This document shows, in pieces, positions 59,334 through 64,000 of a DNA stretch of 64,000 nt. Below the pieces are notes generated by a model that saw nothing but the letters and a program-made list of their open reading frames with translations, ran no database searches and had not been told where the DNA came from. The position numbers and the translations under genes were made by a program. Position 1 is the first letter of the stretch. Each line of letters begins with the position of its first letter. The stretch comes from a bacterium (GTDB lineage: Bacteria; Patescibacteriota; Andersenbacteria; UBA10190), in contig NZCO01000007.1 in assembly GCA_002686445.1 (NCBI GenBank), positions 5,483 to 69,482 on the forward strand, written 5' to 3'.

Positions 59334-60109
59334 TAGTCAATTTTTGCGAGGTACTTACGTCCCATCTCAAACTCGTAGTAGCCAGAAAGGACACACCAGA
59401 GCCATCCCGCGGGCCCGTCAAGCAGGCCACGGCGGTAAATAAACAACTTCAGAAATTGCCGAACCGCCAACCAGAGCGGCATCAGGTACCCGGGGCGAAT
59501 ATGACGGCCAGAACGATGGTGGCCGGTGCGCGCTATTTCCTCTGCATCCAGGGTCGTATAACGGTGCATTTTGTCTAAATACGAGCGTATGGTCGGATGA
59601 GAGTGGTGCATCAGGGGCGCCTTTAGAACTGCTGAGTGCGTATCGCCCAAAGCAATCCGCTCTCCCATGTTGGTTTCAACTTGCTCGTGGACTTTGGCGT
59701 CGTTCCATTGCCCTGAGGCCCGCCGCATCAGCCGAGGGTTATGGCCGTACAGGTGCCACAGGGGGCGCCGCAGAAACACCGTTACGATGCGTAGCCAATA
59801 GAAGTCCTTATCTGGATTCGTCATGGCTTCAACAATCAGCTGCTGTAGCTCATCGGTCACTTCCTCATCCGCATCAATGAAGAGTAGCCACTCACCCTTA
59901 GCTTGCGCTCGCCCGAAGTTCTTCTGGGGGCCATAGCCCGGCCAGGGCCGAACAAACACGGTCGCGCCGGCATCACGTGCCAGCTGTGCTGTCTTGTCGG
60001 TACTCTCGGCATCAACCACTATTCGCTCATCAGCAAAGGCGACGCTGGTTAGGCAGCGTTCAATGTTATCCTCCTCGTTTCTGGTAATGACGATTGCTGA
60101 GAGCTGCAT
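59330..60109 (-). CDS. GT2 glycosyltransferase (WaaE/KdtX-like)
   Basis: 'IT.NEE.NI..CL', 'S.D.T', 'IDADE', 'VHE', 'G.LDG..G'. Confidence 0.9.
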   Translation of the reverse strand: MQLSAIVITRNEEDNIERCLTSVAFADERIVVDAESTDKTAQLARDAGATVFVRPWPGYGPQKNFGRAQAKGEWLLFIDADEEVTDELQQLIVEAMTNPDKDFYWLRIVTVFLRRPLWHLYGHNPRLMRRASGQWNDAKVHEQVETNMGERIALGDTHSAVLKAPLMHHSHPTIRSYLDKMHRYTTLDAEEIARTGHHRSGRHIRPGYLMPLWLAVRQFLKLFIYRRGLLDGPAGWLWCVLSGYYEFEMGRKYLAKIDY

Positions 60110-60114
60110 AAGAC

Positions 60115-60756
60115 TTATGATATGACAGACTTGATAGTACGAACTGAAATGCCCACGCGCTTAATGAATCCGAGGTGTTTAACAAAATCGGTATAGGGTA
60201 CGGCGTACGTTCCCTCAGACGTGTCGTCGATGACATGGTACGTCTCGATCAGCCAACGACCTCTAAGCTGTGCCCACAATACTCGTAGGTTTGCCTTAAA
60301 CAGAGACCAATTACGGTTGGTGTAGTTTACCGTCTTAAGCCGCATCGCGTCCCTTGGGGGCACCGTCTCCATCCCAAAGTCTGTGGTGCGGCCAGCTTGA
60401 TATATGGCCATAGCCGCGGTCACGACCGAATCATTGTACCCGCCTCCAGGGTATGCCAGCGTTGTGGCGGCCAGCTCTTGCGCAGGGCGAGCGAGCTCGT
60501 CGGCCAACTGGTCCGGAGATAGTGACCGCAGGTTGGCGTGTGAAATGCTGTGCGCGGCGAGCTCATGCCCTTGCTGCACGATCGATAACCAGTCTTGCGA
60601 TGGCGTCACCGGCATGTTCTCGCTCGCTGCAACCCTCTCTGTATCAAGTGGAATCGCGAACACTCCCACCATGCCCATACTGTCCAACAGGGGCACGATT
60701 TTCTTGTAGACGTGGCGATACCCATCATCAAATGTCAGCGTCAGTATTCCGGGCAT
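60115..60756 (-). CDS. Polysaccharide deacetylase (NodB/CE4)
   Basis: 'LTFDDG', 'H.L..HS.SH', 'AYP.G', 'YH'. Confidence 0.88.
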   Translation of the reverse strand: MPGILTLTFDDGYRHVYKKIVPLLDSMGMVGVFAIPLDTERVAASENMPVTPSQDWLSIVQQGHELAAHSISHANLRSLSPDQLADELARPAQELAATTLAYPGGGYNDSVVTAAMAIYQAGRTTDFGMETVPPRDAMRLKTVNYTNRNWSLFKANLRVLWAQLRGRWLIETYHVIDDTSEGTYAVPYTDFVKHLGFIKRVGISVRTIKSVIS

Positions 60757-60765
60757 AGCCGATGT

Positions 60766-61977
60766 TTAAACGATCGCGCGTATCACGTCAAGTAGTCTCG
60801 TGCCGCAACTGCCGTCCGTATGCGTGATCATCTTCTGTAGCGTTCGCATACGCTCTGCCTTGTGCAGGGCTGGGTCGTCCAAGTACGCATTCACTGCCGT
60901 CACCAGCTCACGTGTGCTTTTAACGATACTGGTGCCACCCTCGTCGGTTATATACAGATAGTGCTGCTGGAAATCCCGATAGACCATTGAGCGACGCCAT
61001 CCTAGCCAATCCCACGGCTTTCCATATTTGACGTTGATGACTGGCACATCAGCTGCCATAGACTCGATCGCCACTGTAGACGATTGGTTTACCAACACGC
61101 TGGTGTGCGTAAACAGAGCAATGAGCATATACGTCTCTTCGTCTGTCGGGACGTATTTAAAGTCAGGGTGCAGAGCTGTGTCCCGCCGCCCAAAGGAGTA
61201 GCGCACGCGTGCACCGAAAGATTCATAGACTCGATGCTTCGCAATATCCCCACCCGGATGTACGGATGCATAGAGTTCAACGGGGCCAGACAATTTGTTG
61301 CCATCGCGCGCCTGGGCCAGGGCCTCAATGACGTAGGTAAATGGATAGAGTTCGGTGGTGGCACAGTGAATGAGGCAGGACTCCTTGCCGTCTAGTTCAA
61401 GATACTTCCCTAAGTCGTTGCGAGACGGGATGCGATCGTGGTGGGCGAAGTAATCAAAACGAGGCGGGCCCGTTATGGTAATCATCTCATCGGTAACTCC
61501 AGGAACTACTGCCAGCAAGTGTTCCTTGTTCATGGTATTCCAAACCGCATAGTGGTCTGGCAGCTCATAGTCACCGCCTCCCGCCTTGCTGCTGCCACTG
61601 TGTCCCTTGCTAAACAATCGCTCCATCTTAAAGACGTTATCCCAGCTGGCGACGAACGTAAGAGTCGGGATATCGAGCTGCTTGGCAGCACGTAAGATGC
61701 GCGTATCGAGCACGTCCAAGCCTACGGTGGGCGTAACGACAACGTCGGGCTTTAGCTGCTCAAGTAACGCTCGGTGGCCAGATTCATCTTGCGGATTAGT
61801 ATGCCAGGAGAACTTGTCGCCAAAGGACGGAAACAGTTCCTTGTGCCAGGGAGCGGCTGGCGTCACGACCTGGACTGCATCAATATCGGTCGCAGCTTCA
61901 AGCTGTTCGCGTAGCGGCAGCAATATCTCCCGGGCGTTATACCCGGATGGTGTTGAAATAAGTACGCGAAAGGCCAT
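60766..61977 (-). CDS. GT-B protein, TagF/CDP-glycerol glycerophosphotransferase- or sialyltransferase-like
   Basis: 'SWDN', 'TG.PRFD', 'HP', 'SSTVAIE....D.PVIN', 'DG'; start probably 61977. Confidence 0.65.
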   Translation of the reverse strand: MAFRVLISTPSGYNAREILLPLREQLEAATDIDAVQVVTPAAPWHKELFPSFGDKFSWHTNPQDESGHRALLEQLKPDVVVTPTVGLDVLDTRILRAAKQLDIPTLTFVASWDNVFKMERLFSKGHSGSSKAGGGDYELPDHYAVWNTMNKEHLLAVVPGVTDEMITITGPPRFDYFAHHDRIPSRNDLGKYLELDGKESCLIHCATTELYPFTYVIEALAQARDGNKLSGPVELYASVHPGGDIAKHRVYESFGARVRYSFGRRDTALHPDFKYVPTDEETYMLIALFTHTSVLVNQSSTVAIESMAADVPVINVKYGKPWDWLGWRRSMVYRDFQQHYLYITDEGGTSIVKSTRELVTAVNAYLDDPALHKAERMRTLQKMITHTDGSCGTRLLDVIRAIV

Positions 61978-62006
61978 ATAGGGCATAATGCGGCATAATC
62001 GAGCTA

Positions 62007-62035
62007 TTGACAAATGCCAGCCAAGACTCCATAAT
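62007..62035 (+). promoter_or_regulatory. sigma70-type promoter
   Basis: TTGACA (62007-62012), 17 nt, CATAAT (62030-62035); AGGAGG SD at 62091-62096. Confidence 0.7.
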
Positions 62036-62104
62036 TCTGCCAGTTCAGTTTGTTCGTTTCAGTAACAACTATGATGGCAAGAAACTGTTTTAGGAGGACA
62101 GGAC

Positions 62105-62923
62105 ATGAAGACGGGGATAGATTGGCTCGAAGAGCTACTGCAGCGAGTTGGCGATGTGACCACTGTCACATGAGAGGAGCCCTTTAGGGCGATGAATGCA
62201 GAAAGTGGCGAAGTCATGTTAGGAACGCTTACGCCCGATATGTGCGCTCTACATGAGGCGGGAAATAGTCTACGCAAGGCTCACAATGACTTGGTCGACC
62301 AGTTACCAGGTCGCGACGGCGAACCAGTGGGACGTGCTAGCGTCGTTCCGGTAACCCGACAGCAGCTTGACCAGCTGAAGCGTCGTCACGCAATTGTCGG
62401 TGACTTGTTCTGGGATGCCGTGCGAAGCGAGTACAGTCCCGACAACGACGCTGTGTCGATCGAGCTCCGAGCAGGCGGTGTGGTTGTCTCTGTTCCCAAA
62501 CCAGAGCAAGAGGGATGCGGCGACCCAAGCTGTCTGGCCTGTAGACTTGGTGCGAGCAGGGGTGCGATGGACGTCGGCACGATTATGAGAAGGCTCATGC
62601 TGCGACAGATGCTAGGTGGCGGCGGTGGCATGGGCTTTCCATCCGCGATGTTCGGCGGCGCAGGTCCCCGGGGCTTCGGTGTCGACGAATTTCCGGTGGA
62701 CGGGGTTGACGAACTCGATGGGGGTATGTTGGTTATTGAAATAGGACCAGGACCATCACCCTTCGGCGATCTCTCGCCCGCCGATTTGATGAGGCTCGAT
62801 ATGAGCGAGTCTGGTGGCGACGATGAATTGCCCTTCGACCGACTTCGCCGAGAATTGAACGCCGATGCAACCGGTGCGCCCTCCGAGGGCCCCACTAGTG
62901 ACGGCGACTCAGCCGCTCCTTAG
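62105..62923 (+). CDS. Hypothetical protein with in-frame TGA at codon 23 (ORF 62192-62923 intact downstream)
   Basis: AGGAGG-led ATG 62105 is in frame with 62192; single TGA at 62171-62173; CxxxxCxxC motif and Gly/acidic low-complexity tail. Confidence 0.6.
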
Positions 62924-62940
62924 TTCCAACAAAATCATAC

Positions 62941-62969
62941 ACTCTGCACAACGTGTGCAGAGTTTTTTT
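62941..62969 (+). terminator. Intrinsic terminator
   Basis: ACTCTGCACA-acg-TGTGCAGAGT perfect stem followed by T run. Confidence 0.8.
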
Positions 62970-63711
62970 ATTTACCCATTAGGCGTAGTCGCCAAACGAG
63001 CACAATTGCCTCTTTAATTATTTTAGTCGTCATCTTTGATTGCCCTTCGCGACGCTCCGTAAATACGATTGGTATTTCCTTCACCTGATAGCCTTGCTTC
63101 CAGGCCCGATAGTTATTCACTATTTGAAAACCGTATCCATCAGCATCGCTCGTTTCTATGTGTATACCTCGCAGCGTGTCGGCGCGCCAAGCCTTAAAGC
63201 CGCCGGTCGAGTCAGAAAGGGGTAAGCCGGTGATGATTCTGGCGTACAGGTTACCGCCAATGCTGATTAACAACCGCTTCAATGGCCAGTTCACTACGCT
63301 GATGCCTTGGCTGTACCGAGAGCCAACGACAAGATCGTTTTCTTGAAGCTCGCCTAGTAGGCGCGAGACATCCTTAGGGCTGTGTGAGAAATCAGCATCC
63401 ATTTGCACTATCGCATCAGCACCGTGCTCCAAGGCGTAGGTAAACCCGTGCACGTACGCTTTGCCTAAGCCCGCCTTGTTGTCTCTAACCACCAGCTGCA
63501 CGGAAGGGAACTGTGACTCCAGGCCGCGGACAGCGTCGGCAGTCCCATCGGGAGAATTATCGTCGACTATAAGCACGGTCAGGTTGTCTATGCCTAATCC
63601 ATACAGCTGTGTAATCAGTTGTGCGATGTTTTCTATCTCGTTATAGGTAGGCACCACTACCCATGGGCTATGGCTGGTGAACGGTTCTGCCGGCTTTCGG
63701 GCTGTCTTCAT
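62968..63711 (-). CDS. Polyprenol-monophosphomannose synthase-like GT2 (Ppm1/DPM1)
   Basis: 'PTYNE.ENI', 'DDNSPDGT', 'K.GLG.AY', 'MDADFSH.P', 'GY.FQI', 'F.ER..G.SKM'. Confidence 0.9.
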   Translation of the reverse strand: MKTARKPAEPFTSHSPWVVVPTYNEIENIAQLITQLYGLGIDNLTVLIVDDNSPDGTADAVRGLESQFPSVQLVVRDNKAGLGKAYVHGFTYALEHGADAIVQMDADFSHSPKDVSRLLGELQENDLVVGSRYSQGISVVNWPLKRLLISIGGNLYARIITGLPLSDSTGGFKAWRADTLRGIHIETSDADGYGFQIVNNYRAWKQGYQVKEIPIVFTERREGQSKMTTKIIKEAIVLVWRLRLMGK

Positions 63712-63748
63712 ATGAGGTTTACAGTATTAGTGATACGAGCAGTGTAAA

Positions 63749-64000
63749 TTAAGTTGTCGGCATCATGTCAGCTACGACCGACATGATTTCATCAACCGTC
63801 AGCACAGCGAGACCACCCTTCTTGGACTGGTCGCCAGGTGCGGTCCAGTTTTCGTAGCCTTGCTCTCGTGTCTCTGCAGCAGTCAGCACAGTCGGCGGCT
63901 CTGGGCTTTTAAGCATCGTTTGCGGCGTCGCAGGCGGGCCGATGATTGTACGGTGACGCTTCACAGGATCATCAATATATTCGTTTAAGAAATATGCTGG
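63749..64000 (-). CDS. C-terminal fragment of an unidentified protein (truncated by window edge)
   Basis: Minus frame is open to the window end (PAYFLNEYIDDPVKRHRT...MPTT*). Confidence 0.5.
   Translation of the reverse strand, partial: PAYFLNEYIDDPVKRHRTIIGPPATPQTMLKSPEPPTVLTAAETREQGYENWTAPGDQSKKGGLAVLTVDEIMSVVADMMPTT

Noticed and set aside
62171-62173. Genome-wide TGA recoding (code 25/4) or selenocysteine
   Set aside because: Many genes end at TGA with ATGA coupling (e.g. 9203, 32220, 48178) and long ORFs are intact under code 11; no Sec-type redox context.
62386-62895. 169-aa Pro/Ser-rich antisense ORF
   Set aside because: Mirror of the Gly-rich sense ORF, which has the promoter, SD and terminator.

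Overview
A gene-dense bacterial window that is almost entirely one cell-surface glycosylation super-locus. It encodes about 10 multi-TM GT-C-fold proteins (ArnT/PMT-like and YfhO-like), about 15 soluble GT2/GT4/GT9/GT-B enzymes, two polyprenyl-phosphate-sugar synthases (one with a DUF2304 partner), a PglK/MsbA-type ABC exporter, four NDP-sugar SDR enzymes, an AsnB-type amidotransferase, six methyltransferase-like genes, a kinase plus nucleotidyltransferase-HAD pair, a deacetylase and a degenerate pilin. The pilin style, very short intergenic gaps and palindrome types suggest Patescibacteria/CPR (inference; no marker gene present). Genetic code 11 fits. No rRNA, tRNA, CRISPR array or transposase was seen. 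Main items the gene list does not explain: (1) a 165-nt rod-like inverted repeat at 49227-49391 whose transition mismatches are all G-U on the minus strand and which has its own candidate promoter; (2) two tandem ATPase-less ClpC N-domain genes with a duplicated promoter/leader; (3) a beta-rich domain shuffled between GT-C termini; (4) glycosylation genes that look leaderless versus interspersed orphan genes with full promoter, SD and terminator; (5) a three-copy hairpin family; (6) an in-frame TGA next to a perfect TGTGA-N6-TCACA palindrome. All assignments are by-eye motif recognition; no searches or folding programs were run.
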